A DNA stretch of 64,000 bases, from contig OZ024745.1 in the NCBI GenBank assembly GCA_964016885.1, positions 115,010,001 through 115,074,000 on the forward strand. Direction: 5' to 3'. The notes under the pieces were generated by a model, which did not search any database, was not told the DNA's origin, and saw only the letters and a program-made list of their open reading frames with translations. The position numbers and the translations under genes are program-made. Below are positions 39,262 to 52,567 of this stretch, piece by piece; position 1 is the first letter of the stretch, and every line of letters starts with the position of its first letter. The stretch comes from Eledone cirrhosa (taxonomy: Eukaryota).

Positions 39262-42200
39262 AGACTTCATCATCCCCTGGTTGAACATCAACACCTGGCC
39301 TTTGGTTGTCTTTTCATAGAGTCCACTCTGTTGCAATCATCTTGGCCAAGTCTCTAATTTGAGAATACGTTTGTCCTTCCCTGTCATATACTTACATACA
39401 TAAATGATGGCTGCATCTCAATTTCATGAACTTCCCCCACCTGATCCCCCTTTCACATATAGGTGGCACGAACATGACTCTTTAGCCCTTCCAAAGATTT
39501 ACATTCCTTCTGAATTTGCTGCAGTGATGAACATTGCTTCCACTTCGGTTTGCTGTTTTGTTTTAGTGAGTTTTCAAATAACATTGAGGTCCACCTGCCA
39601 AGGCACATTGTTTTCCACACTTCCAACAGGAAGAAATGTCAAAGAGACCATAATCGACAACATTTTGTACATGGCTTCTATGATGACTTCTATGACCAGC
39701 TTTACTGAGGCAAATTCAGCCACATTCATTGCAAATAAAGTCATTTTGAGCATCCAGGAAAATAATTGTTTCTACTTTTGGCACAAGGCCAGCAATTACC
39801 CAGTGTATTACTGGTACTTTATTTTATCGACCCCGTAAGGATGAAAGGCAAAGTTAACCTCGGCGAGATTTGAACTCAGAATGGAAAGGGCTGTAACTCT
39901 TTGCAACAAAAAAAGGAAAATAATATTGTGTAGACCCTTATGCAGAGACCTCTTTAATTTTTCAGGCTCCACGTGAGATTTTTCAAATTTCTTTTTTCCA
40001 TTAAACACTGTTTTCTTCCCAGATGATCGATCTAAGGCAATGCTTTCCCTGTTATCTTCTATTTTTAACTTTATCAAAGCTCTTTCAATGCAGTCTTTAT
40101 ACCTGTATTTGGTTTATGCATTAGCCATTTGCCTTTGACTAACTCCCATACAGTAACTGCTTAGGAATGTGATGATCTAGTATTCCTAAAATGTAGCCAA
40201 TCCAGTGCAATCTATATTGAATTATGAGAGATTCAATACTTGCAAAATGACTTTGTTCTAGCACTTTAACATCACTCATGTGTGATTGTTAATGGATACT
40301 GAGTATTTGGCGAAGACACTGTCTATGAAAATGTTCAAACATTTTTATATTTCTCTGGTATGTGACCCAAGTTTCCCATGCATACAACAATGAAGACAAT
40401 AGACATGTTCTGTATATCTTTAACTTAGTATCAATGGAAATCCCATGTTGACACCAGAGATACCCATTTAGCTTACCAAACATTCTGACTATGGAAATGG
40501 AATTTAGAATCAAAAGGTTTGCGAGTATACTTAGTCAAAACTAAAGTGCTAGTGAGTAGGAGAGAAGATAGGACCCTGATTCCTTCTGGGAAGTGGTCAT
40601 GCTCAATATGCAGAAAAGGAGTGAGCATAAACTCCATAAGATGTACACAATGTAAATCTTGGATACACAAGAGATGTAATGGGATAATGGCTAGACTAAC
40701 AGGAAAGGAAGACATTTTGTAGAAGTTGCACAGTGGTAACCAAGGGGAAGAGCACCAGTGATGTAAACTTATTTCATTCACAGAAAGACCCATAGAAATG
40801 GTTGATAGCAGAAGCTATCAAGGCGATGTAATTAACAATGGAGGAGGGTGCTCTGAGGTGATAATAGTTAGAATAAGGATGGGATTGAAAAAGTTTAGAG
40901 AGCTGCTCTTACTGATGACCATAAAAGATTTTTCCCTATGCACAAAAGTATGACTCACAGAGGAGATGATAAAGGATCACAATGAGTGGAGAGACGCCAT
41001 GCAGAGAATCACCCTTCCAACCCATGCAAGCATGGAAAAATGGATGTAAAGACAATGATGATGATGATGCATGCAATCCTCAAATGCCATAAAGAAAAAC
41101 AAACATAGAAAAATACAATGCAAACAATGTAGATGCTGGTGTATACCCTTGTTTTACCATGTTTTCAACAAAAATGGGATCTGACATTTGTTCACCTATT
41201 TTGATGCAAGGTTGCATATCATCATGAAAACCTCCCAGAACTTGTCAGGACAACTGAGCTTAGTCAGAATCTTTCATAAGACAGTTCTATTCACTGCATC
41301 AAAAGCCTTTATCAAGTCAACAAAGACGTGATACAAATCTATTCCCTGTTCAAAGCACTTTTCCTGCAGTTGGCTCACAGAGAAGATCATATCTGTTGTC
41401 CCTACGTTACTTCTAAAGCCACACTATAACTCATGAAGATCATTGCCAGTGATGTTATCTAGCAACTGTCCAGCATGATCTTACACAAATTTTTCCTATA
41501 ACCAACAGGAGGGCTATCCCACAATAATTACCACAATTATCCTTTGCACCTTTTCCTTTATAAAACACCATCACCAGTGCATCTTTACAGTCTTAAGGAA
41601 TGTTTTCTTTTTCTCTAATCTTATGTATTATGTTTGTAAAAATTCGAAGAACATTTTGATTTCCACATTTCAGTACCTCAGCATGAATACCATCCTTCCT
41701 TGGTGACTTTTCACAATTGAGTTGTTTTATAGCCACCTCCATTTCCTCCAAGGTAGGACTTTTTCCAGTACATCATTTGTAAGCCAATTAGGAGTTGAGT
41801 TAATAAACTCCCTACTGACCTGAGAAGTCCTATTCAAAGGTTCCTTGAAGTGACCCTCCATTTCAAAATGATGTCTTTTGGATCTCTAAACAATTCATTG
41901 CCATTCTGAGATTTCAAAAGGGCAAAATTTCTCATAACAAGCTGTAAAGTTGCTTTGTATTGTTGGCATCAGCTGCAGCCTGATTCTCTGTAATTTAGCC
42001 TTCACTTCCTTCAACATTTCACTCCTTCCAGCTCCTTGCTCTCCTGCAAAAACACTCTTATCGTTGCTGTCTTCTTTTCATTAAGTAGCACTTCAATATC
42101 TTCCTCATTTTCATCAAACCAATCTTGATGTTTCCTATTAATAAAACCAAGAACAGATACTGAAACATCATAAATTAAGTTTTAAAATCTTCCCATCAGT

Positions 42201-42800
42201 AATTGCATTAGATCTTATCTAAATTTCTCACGAGCTCATCTTTTTTGAAGCATATTTTAATCAGAGCAATATTTAATTTGTTTTGGAACAACAATACCAT
42301 TTATTTATATCTTCAGCTTTACTACAAATTTTACCTTAGTGCAAACAAGACAATGGTATGTCTAGCACTCAGCTCCACACAGCACACAGACATCTAAAAA
42401 AACACTCCTATGCACAAGAACAAAATCTATCATATGCCACTGTTTTGAACCTAGATGCATTCAGGTTGTCTTGTGCTTCTCCTTGTGCTGGAAGAAAGTG
42501 TTAGCAATACATTTGCAGGAGTAACAACCATTGCTATTACATTTTCTAATCCAATGTTTGCCAATAATATCCCATGTTCTATGTCCTTTCCTAACCTAGC
42601 ATTAAAATGTCCAAGTTTGAGAATTTTATCAGATTGGGGAATCTTTTGGACAAGTTCTTTTAAGGAAAGATAAAATGTAAGCTTTTTGTCCTCTGTGGTG
42701 CACATAGTCAGAACATTTATGCTCACAAATGTAACATACCTATTTTTGGATAGTGGAACCCTCATACAAACGAGCCCACCAGAAGTGAAAGACCCCTGGT
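39262..42800 (-). mobile_element. Old, near full-length RTE (BovB-like) LINE with decayed APE, RT and three C-terminal C2H2 fingers; interrupted by a SINE (~39760-39905) and an RTE fragment (~40490-41070)
   Basis: DKILKLGHFNARLG (APE); FVDLIKAFDAVNR-like RT motif at ~41300; TKLKIYRTCLLSSLLYAWETW; CNECG*ICLSKAGHRSHHRSH at ~39680-39735. Confidence 0.8.
40490..41070 (+). mobile_element. Nested RTE LINE 3' fragment with PHD-like Cys motif
   Basis: WSCSICRKGVSINSIRCTQCKSWIHKRC and tail aacccatgcaagcatggaaaa…(gat)n. Confidence 0.75.
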
Positions 42801-43099
42801 CCTTGTTAGAATATCATTCTAGGAGAAGGAAAACTCTGATTAAAATCTGCAACTCGATGGCAGCCAATGATGTTGACCTGTTCTTTTTTTTTAGACACCT
42901 ATCACTGTTATTCAGAGAGTGGGGTCGGTTTAGTGCAAGACATGCATACATACATACACACATACATACATGCATGTATTCATGCACACGCACGCACACA
43001 CATACATACATAGATATATACATACAATAGAAGAAAAAGGTCAGTAGCCAGCTTTATGAGCATGAATATAATAATATTCTTAGGATAGCTACTGATCAA

Positions 43100-43685
43100 G
43101 AAGAGAGACATATAAATCCTGATATAAATCTCTCTTCCAGGAATATTGGAAGACTCTACTCAATTCTCTAACAAAAAAAGAAAAATTAGAAGATTGTACA
43201 TGAGTACTTGAGATGAAAAACACAGGCCACAGAGGGGATAAACCATACTAAAAGCATGACATAAAGTTCTGACAAGTTCATAACATCCTACCTTGAAGGA
43301 TATCTCCATGCAATCAGAAACAAGAAATCCCACCAAGTACCTACTGCACAAAAGAGGAAGGTTATTAATTGACAATAAATGTAGGGTGTGCAAAACAAAC
43401 ATTAAAGGTGTTAGCCACATTATTGCCAACTGTAAAAAAATATCTTCTCATTACTACCTCCCCATGAGGCATAATGTGGTAGCTAGAACAATCTGGAATG
43501 CAGATCAAATAGGGAGGAATATGTTGAGACTGATGGCTAAAAAGAATACTGGTGGAACCTAAAAATAAAAACTGCCACCAAATTAAAGCACAACAAACCT
43601 GATATTGTTGTTTGGGATCACACATAAAAAAGCATGCTCTGTTGCAGAAGTCAGCTGCCCACTTGTCAATGTGGTAAAAAAAATG
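43100..43685 (+). mobile_element. R2/R4-clade non-LTR fragment (CCHC zinc knuckle, RHN motif, restriction-like endonuclease)
   Basis: CRVCK…SHIIANC…RHNVVA followed by HNKPDIVVWD…AEVSCP in a shifted frame. Confidence 0.75.
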
Positions 43686-43730
43686 CACGACACACACACA
43701 CACACACACACATACATACATAAATATATA

Positions 43731-44478
43731 TTTCCCAATAACTTATCCAGTTATTGACGCCCTGGGGCGAGATATATTGTCTTAAAGCGTAGAAATATCC
43801 GAGACCTCAGTAGACAACTGATGAGGAACCCCCCCCCCCCCCCTGTTCTTGCTTTCTTCGTATTCCCACTGCATTTTAAGTTACCTTAAATAGCAACTAC
43901 ACAACCATTTCTATTCTCCATATATTTCATCATGTTTTTGCTGTGACCATTCTTCTTTCCCCTTCTACCTACCTATTTCACTACTTTCTACTCTCACCCC
44001 TCTTTCTTCCCCTCCCTTTCTACTCTTACCCCACTTTCTTCCTCTCCCTTTCGCCCTCTCACTTTCACCCGCTCTTCTGACCGTTTAGCAGTTCTCTTCT
44101 CACATACAACTGCGGGGATCAGACGTGTCTTTTTCCTCTCGACCACTCAGTCTTAAACTTAGTTCTCTTATCGAGTGGTCTTGGATTTCCTACCTATAGT
44201 TGCTCGCATATTGCTCGGTTTTTTGTTTTTTTTTGCTGTTTTGTTATTGTTTTCTCTTTTCTTCCCCTTTGCTTTCCTTCCCTCCTTCCTCTGTTTTCCC
44301 AATAACTTACCCAGTTATTGATGCCCTGGGGCGAGGTGTATTGTCTTTAAATCGTAGAAATATCCGAGACCCCCAGTAGACAACTGATGAGGAAAACTCC
44401 CCTCCCCCATTCTTGCTTTCTTCGTATTCCCACTGCATTTTAAGTTACCTTAAATAGCAACTACACAGCCATTTCTAC
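43731..44478 (+). repeat. Two ~180-bp direct repeats (43731-43913, 44295-44478) flanking a pyrimidine-rich spacer; Penelope pLTR-like, each with hammerhead core elements
   Basis: Direct alignment of the two copies; CTGATGA and GAAA with complementary flanks in both. Confidence 0.8.
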
Positions 44479-44494
44479 ATATATATATGTATAT

Positions 44495-44636
44495 ATATTT
44501 AATATAGAAATGCCTTCTACAGGATTAGAACTGTTTCATTCGAAGGAAATCATCAAGAAATCCCTGATGTTTTCCTGATGATTTCCTTCGAATGAAACAG
44601 TTCTAGTCTTGTAGAAGCAATTTCTATATTAAATAT
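44495..44636. repeat. Inverted repeat (66-bp arms, 10-nt spacer) containing a hammerhead-like motif
   Basis: 44495-44560 is the reverse complement of 44571-44636 with a few mismatches. Confidence 0.88.
44571..44617 (+). ncRNA. Type I hammerhead-ribozyme-like motif
   Basis: TTTC-CTGATGA-TTTC(cttc)GAAT-GAAA-CAG(ttctagtc)TTG-TA|GAAG. Confidence 0.6.
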
Positions 44637-44721
44637 TTATACTCTACTATGTAGTCAGTACCTTACTTACTGTGTTTACCCTTGATTGAACCCTCGATAC
44701 ACACACACACATATATATATA

Positions 44722-44768
<47 letters not shown>

Positions 44769-44899
44769 AGGCAACAAAATGACACATTCATTAAAACATT
44801 CGATTAAATGCCATTATAGAAGTATTGTTAATAGAAATTGCTTGAAAATGATCTATAATTGTACTTCAAACATTAAGAACATAATAACACAGAAACCAA

Positions 44900-45300
44900 T
44901 ATTTGGAATACATGCTCATGTTGAAGTAAAGAATTGTGCTTGATGAACCAAGCTTTCAACACTAAAGCTCTAATATATTAAACAGAAGTTAGATCAACTA
45001 ATAAAACCAGCAAAATTGACACAAAGAGAAAAATCTAAATAGGAATGACTGAAAGGAGATTCAAACCACAATAGGAAAACCACAAAGCTTTCTTCAGAAT
45101 AAAGATAGAGATCAGTAACAACATTGTCCAAGTATGAATGTGGTTAAAAGATAACATGTATGAATAATTAGAGGAAAAAAAAAACACCATACATCAATAA
45201 GATAGGAAGATGTCAGTTATTGAACAGCTAAAAATATTCTAATAATTTCCAAAATATTTGTTTAAAATGTTTTGGATCATGCTGTCACATTCATATATAC
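44900..45300 (+). mobile_element. Decayed Penelope-like GIY-YIG endonuclease fragment
   Basis: IGMTERRFKPQ*ENHKAFFR…TLSKY resembles YIGxTxxxFKxRxxxH…TxLSK of PLE endonucleases. Confidence 0.55.
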
Positions 45301-46334
45301 ATGTTAAAAATCCTGCTACCTAATTACACCCCTGACATGATGCTAGAAGAAGTAGGTCTCCTAAAGATATCCCTACATAATAGTTTATCTAATTCTACCA
45401 CTTTAATTCCAACTGCTCACATACCATATAGTACACTGAAACCTTAAACATTTACTTTCCAAATATAGTTAAATTCAGAGTATATTATCAATATGAATGT
45501 TACTTGCCTTCGTATTTTTAGATATATTCATATGGGACTTAATTCATTCCAGCTGCTCATATACTATATGAAAACCTTAATACACTAACATTCTGAGCAT
45601 CTTTACTTTTACTTAAATTTAAACCTACAGATAAATATATTCATATGAAGTTGAAAAAATATTTACTTGTATTAGATTATTAGAAGTATACCAATGGGAC
45701 TTAACAGTTTCCTTTTTAATCAATACTCCTCTTCCTTCCATAGTTGACCTAAATAATTATATTGAATTGATTTATATAATAGAAGATTTTACTCATGGGA
45801 GGTAACCTTCCTACCAAAGAAATATTAATATATTATTTGTACTGGTGCAATGGTAAACCCAAGCTTAAGAATACTAGCGATGCAAAATAACATGTAACAG
45901 GCAATTCACATGGTGAAACTTTAAGTAGCTATCTAATTGCGATCTAATGTGCTATATTGGTATTTAATACTGAATTGAATTTTCTTCAACTTATTCCATG
46001 ATGATATACAGTGCAGTATATATATGTATATATATATCACCTATAGATCAGGGGAGCACACCAACCAAATAGATTTTATTTTTATCCGAAGACAAAACAG
46101 AGTGACAGTTATAAATACAAAGTCCCTCCCTGGTGAAGAATACACCTCCCAACACAACCTAATAGTTAGCGATCTTATAGTCTAGACGAACTCGGCAGCA
46201 GAGGACAACTTTGAGTCGAAGAATATGGAAGTTGAAGGACCTCATAGCCAGTAACAAATTTAGAGGCATGTTGCTTGGTGCCCGTATTGTAAACCAAGTA
46301 ATAAAAATGGTGTCATACCAATGATTGGCATAGC

Positions 46335-47750
46335 AGCATCATCGTCAACCTCTACAAGGGCAAAGGAGATGCTCTAGATAGAAAACTGTAGAGGGATTAA
46401 GTTGGTCGACTAGATGATGAACGTTTCAGAAAGAGTTATTGTACAGCTGATTACTGAGTTAAGCTTGATGAAATGCATTTTGGATTTGTGCCAAGTAAAA
46501 GTACCACAGATGCTCTCTTCTTGGCGAGGCAACTGTAGAAGAAGTGCCTAGCTAAAAGTAAACCCCTCTAATTAGCTTTTGTTGACTTGGAGAAAGTCTC
46601 TGAAAAAGTCCTCCGTTCCATTATCTGGTGGACTCTTAGAAAACTAGGACTAGATGAGTGGCTTGAGGGCAGTACAAGCCATGTATAGAGGAACAGTTAG
46701 CAAGGTTAGAATTAACAATAACTATAGTGAAGATTTTAGCATGCAGGTAGGTATCCATCAGAGCTCTGTTCTTCGTCCTCTCCTGTTTATTATTGTCCTA
46801 TATGCTATAACAGAAGAGTTTAAGACTATCTGCCTATGGGAACTTCTGTATGCAAATGATCTAACCCTAATACTTGAATTTTTGGCAGAATTAGAGAAAA
46901 GATTCCAGACCTGGAAATATAGGTTAGAATCAAAAGGTCCGAAAGTTAAAGGAAAATAGGGCCCAGATCCCCTCAGGGAAATGACCTTGCTCAGTGTGCA
47001 GGAAATGAGTAGGTATAAATTCCATCCTATATCCCAAATGCAAGCTATATGTATATAAAAGATATAGTGGGATCACAGGCAGGCTATCATAGAATGTATG
47101 TTTTATATGTGGCTGATGCACAGGTGCAGTAAGTAGCAAGTGCCCACAGGATACTAACTCCTTCAAATGCCCAGACAGCTCTGTAGAAATAGTCTACAGT
47201 TTTCATTACATGGGTGACCAAATCAGCAGTGGAGGAGAGTGTTCTGAAAGTACAGTAGCCAGAGTAAGAACAGGATGGAGAAAGTTCAGGAAGCCACTAC
47301 TGGTTCTAGCTACAAAAGGTTTTTCACTCAAAATGAAGGGCAGATTGTATGATTCATGTATATGAACAGCAATGTTGCATGGTAGTGAGACCTGGGCACT
47401 GTGAGCAGAGGACCTGTGAAGATTGGAAAGAAATGAAGCATGCATGCTCCGATGGATGTGTAATAGTAATATACATGAACAGCAAAGCGAAAATGAACTG
47501 AGAGAGATATTGGGCATAAGAGGGATCAGATGCAGTGTGCTCAAGAGGAGATTGCGTTGGTATGGTCATGTGATAGGTATGAAGGATGACAGCTGCATAA
47601 AAAGGTGCAGGACAATCAAAGTTGAAGGAAGTTATGAAGTAGGATGAGGTCATAAAAGCTAACCTTGCACAATTGCACCTTTCAAAGACAATGGCACAAG
47701 ATCGAGATCTTTGACGTTATGCAGTAATGCAGAAAACCTGCCTTCCCATG
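46335..47750 (+). mobile_element. Decayed RTE LINE (RT, PHD-like motif and C-terminus)
   Basis: FVDLEK, GIHQSSVLRPLLFIIV, ELLYANDL (YADD-derived) and RRLRWYGHV motifs with stops and frameshifts. Confidence 0.85.
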
Positions 47751-49779
47751 TGCATGGACTAAAACATATATCTAGTAGGCACCTCTTAACCACTATAGCC
47801 CCTTCCATACACCTCCCATGCCGTAACGCTTCTGTTCACACCACCCTAATCCTATAAAGTTGTCATGTTGGTATCACAACAAAACACATCCAGCTTACAC
47901 TGTCAAGTGGTCGTGTAGGTGTCATGACACAAAGCATCCAGCCCACACTGTCAAGTGGTCGTGTAGGTGTCATGACACAAAGCATCCAGCCCACACTGTA
48001 GTTGTGTAGGTGTCCCAACAAAAAGCTCCCACCCAACACTGTACAGTGTTGTCATGTAGATGTCATGACAAAAAGTTCCCAGCACACACAGTAAATGTGG
48101 TTGGTGTTAGGGAGGGTATCCAGCTGTAGAAATCAAGCTAGAAACTGTTCTGTTTCAGCAAGACATCGTAACCTGACCCGACTTGCCTCAAACGAGACAA
48201 CCTGTCTAATCATGCTAGTATGGAAAATGGACGTTAAATGATGATGATGATGATGATGATGATGATATATATATTTATATATACACTTATATACACATAT
48301 ATATATATATTGGTAGTCTGTGGTACTGGGGCTGGAAGACCACAAATCAAAGAACTACACCGAGGAAGATTGTGAGATTGATCAGGGATTTCGAGACTAG
48401 GAACAGGTAGTGATGTAACCACTACCTGCTAGTCAATATATCAATCTACCAAGATCAATGAACCCTTTGAAACAATTATAAAACAATGAACTAATTACTC
48501 ACCTATCTATATTTTATCTACTGTCTCCCCCTATTGGGGAAAATCGACTCATTTTTTAAATTGCATTTGTGATAATATTTTACACGTTTTTACTGTATGT
48601 AAACTTCCCCCTTTGTATTTGTCCCCTCTTTTTGTGCCCCTGTGGCTAATAAAGAAACATATCTATATTTTATCTACATTGTTCAATACACACGCACACA
48701 CACTCATATATATCATCATCATCATTTTACGTCCGCTTTTCCCTGCTTGCAAGGGTGGGACGGGAACTGATTCTGGCTTGATTTCTACAGCTGGATGCCC
48801 TTCCTAACACCAACCTCATTTACAGTGAGTGCTGGGTGTTTTTTTTCCGTGGTGCCTACACGTCCACTTTACAGTGTGGGCTGGGTGCTTTTTTGCCGTG
48901 GCACCTCCACAAAGACTTTGCAGTGGAATGATAGGGACCCCAGTCCCTATCATCTCATTTCTACAGCTGAGTAAACTGGAACAATGTGAAATAAAGTGTC
49001 TTGCTCAAGGGCACAACACATCACATATATATATATATATAGAATGGAAAACGAAAAATCAATGATGTATCGGAACCCAATTTATTGTGTGTTACAATTG
49101 TTTCCCCGGCAAACAGCTTGAGGTGTGATCTATGTGTGGATCAACCTGACTCTGGATTCGCAGGTTCCTCGGACACATCTATTGATTTCAGAGCATATCC
49201 TCTTCATATATATCACATCATCATCATCGTTTAACGTCCATCTTCCCGCTAGCATGGGTTAGACGGTTTTGTTCCACATTTGATGCGGGATTGGTCTGGA
49301 GACCATGTCTCGCTTGTAAGGAAGTGTCTCTGGCAGGTTTTCTACGGCTGGATGGCCTTCCTAACACCAACCACATTTACAGTGTGGACTGGGATCCTTT
49401 TTACCATGTCTCCTACACGACCACCTTAGAGTGTGGACTGGGTGCTTTTTGTTGTGGACGGAAATGGGAGGATGAAGTAGGGTGTGTGGGGTGGGGTGGG
49501 GTGTATATTGGGTTAAGAGGTGCCTACTGACTGTAGGTTTGTATGCAAGGGAAGGCAGGTCTTCTGTACAACTGCATAGCACTAAAGATCTCGATCCAGT
49601 GACATTTTCTTGTATATGTAAGTCCTGGGTTCAATCGGGGGTAACCACAGTAAGTAAGGTACTCAATGCATAGTAGAGTATATACAAGATTTAATTTCGA
49701 AGTGGCTTTAATATAGAAGCCATTTCTGTCTCTCTCTCTCTCTACACACACACACATATACATATATGGGTTGTTTATT

Positions 49780-50290
49780 TAATGCAGTATACAGTAAATT
49801 CTTGATTTTTAAAATCTTCACTCTGAGTGATGGTAAAAAATATCTAGTAACAACTGCTTGTGATTCCAAAGGAGTGGGAGAGATAATTTTAATTAATTAG
49901 GAATAGATTTTCAAATAAAGGACAGTGTAATCTGTGATGTAAGCAAGGAACAACAATGTACATATGTTTCTCAGAAGAGAAAAACCAAAGCTTGAACTGA
50001 TAATCAAAATGAAAGTGGACAGCAAGGCATGTTATTGCTTTTTTTATTCCAAATATTATGAACATTATGAATTGACAACCCAGCCAATGTACTGGAAATT
50101 GAACATGAAGCCACTCATGGACAGTGCATGCAAAATGAGGAGGGGCTCCATCTTGCTGTTGTTCCAAGTGGTCAGAGTAGGCCAAAAGTTGTATGTAATT
50201 TTCATTAGGGAGTTTCTTTCCAATAATTTTCGCCTAACGTTATTCAAATAATTTAATGTAGAATTGTCTTGAAACATCTCTAAGGAATTA
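49780..50290 (-). mobile_element. Tc1/mariner transposase fragment
   Basis: QQDGAPPHFACTVHEWLHVQFPVHWLG is the second catalytic Asp motif. Confidence 0.65.
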
Positions 50291-51189
50291 AAAATGATTT
50301 AAAAGCTAATTTTCCATTTTTATATTTGATTATCTCTCTCTCTCATATCATCATCATCATCATCACTGTTTTACGTCCATTCTTCCATGCTAGCTTGGGT
50401 TAGACGGGTTGTCTTGTTGTGGGCAGTAGCCGGTTGGCTGACCTTGTCTTGCTCATACGGGAACTGATTTTGGCTTGATTTCTATAGTTGGATGTCCTTC
50501 CTAACACCAACCTCATTTACAGTGAGTGCTGGGTGCTGTTTTTCCGTGGTGCCTACACGACAACTTTCAGTGTGGGCTTGGTGCTTTTTTGCCGTGGCAC
50601 CTCCACGACCACCTTGCAGTGGGAGGAGGTGGGGGCATATTTTCTATATGCTTCAGTGAGAGAGAGAGAAAGTGAGAGAGATGAGAGAGAGATTAAAAAG
50701 ATCAAACACAGAAAACAATTACACGAAGCCTTATTAGTTTCATGTTTGTATGAAAAGGAAAAAGAATGTCTTAACGTTTTGTACATTAGTCCTTCATTAG
50801 GAAAGAGGAAAGTTAGGATAAAGAGGAGGCTGGAAGGCTAAAGGTAAAAAAAAGAAATGTTTATCAAGATGGATAGGGGTGTAGGTAAGTAGTCCAGCAT
50901 GTTGGTGTGTGTGTGCAGAGGTGGTGCCAGAGTGACCGGGTCTATTATTGGTGCTGGTGTGTGTGTGCGTGTGTGAAATGAGGGACATTATGTGAATGTG
51001 AATTTTGTTGTTTGTCATTTTTGTTTGCATGTATATGGAGATATGTGTGTTGGAGTGAGTATACCGTGTTCATGATAGTGTGTATATGTGTGTATGTGTG
51101 TGTATTACCATTGTGTGTGGTTTAATCTATGTGTGTTTGCTTACATATGTGTCTTTATATATGAGTGTAAGTGTATATATGCATGTGCT

Positions 51190-51265
<76 letters not shown>

Positions 51266-51600
51266 TATCAGAATTTTGTAGCAAGCTTGAAGCATTGTTG
51301 AATAAGAAACACAAATTTAAATTTTGAAAATTTGTGTTTTATATATATATTTATATTTATATATATATGTACACACATATGCACACATATATATACATAT
51401 ACATGAATGTGTGTAATGAAGAGTGAAATAGAATGAAGAGATAAGAGAGAAAGAGGATGGTAGTGACAAATATATAGATGGAGAGAGAGAGAGAGAGAAG
51501 CTGTTGAAGTGTTGGTGTTGGTGGTGGAGAAATTGGCAACAATAGCAAGTTATCTCTATTGAATTGTAGTTATTAGAGTTGATTTCTCAGTAAAGTTGTA

Positions 51601-51644
51601 GTGTATGTATGTATGTATGTATGTATGTATGTATGTATGTATGA

Positions 51645-51677
<33 letters not shown>

Positions 51678-52567
51678 TGTATGTATGTATGTATGCATGT
51701 ATGTATGCATGTATGTATGCATGTATGTATGTATGTATGCATGTATGTATGCATGTATGTATGTATATATGAATATATGTATGTATGTATATATGTATGT
51801 TATCTCTTTCTCTTAATTTCAAGTATATTTTTTTGATCGGCCACCTTCCTGGTGGCAAGGTTGTAAAAGAAAAAAAATTGTCATCCCTTGAATCGCAAGA
51901 ATGTTTTGCTAATTTTGAAGGTGCCAGCTATCGCAGCCATTTGTCGACTATGAATTAGGGAGTTGCGCTCTTTGTCCGCAAATCCAAGTTCAGTCATACT
52001 TTGGTCCAAGTGGGTATGTATGTATGAATATATGTATGTATGTATATATGTATGTATGTTCTTCTGGTTTTATAATTTCACAAAGTTTTACCAATAGAGA
52101 GAGAGTCGGTTTCTAACATAGACACAAGACTCTCTCATTGGAATTTACACAACATCAACTAGGTAGATATGTATGTATGCATGCGTAGATATGGATGTTA
52201 TTGTATGTGTGGATGTGGATGTTTTGAGTTGTATGTGTGCATGTGTATATGCTTTGTATCTGTACATGTGTATATGCAGTTATTAGATGCAAAATTTTTG
52301 GAATGTTTTACATATTTTTACTGTTCCATTAATGGATTGTACTTGTAGTTTCCTAACTAGTTGTGTATGTATGTATGTAGATATGTATGTATATACATAT
52401 TTATGTATGTATGTATATATGTATATATGTATGTATGTAGATATGTATGTATGCATGTATGTATGCATGTATGTATGCAAGCATGTATGTATGCATGTAT
52501 GCATAATATAAATATGTATGTACATATGTATGTATGCAGGCATTATGTATGTATGTATATAAATATG
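51601..52567. repeat. (TATG)n-type microsatellite region, interrupted
   Basis: Direct reading. Confidence 0.85.

Noticed and set aside
47890-48090. Regular ~47-bp repeats reminiscent of a CRISPR array (also 32700-32960 and 58660-58970)
   Set aside because: Tandem units without unique spacers, inside eukaryotic SINE tails or microsatellites; no cas genes.
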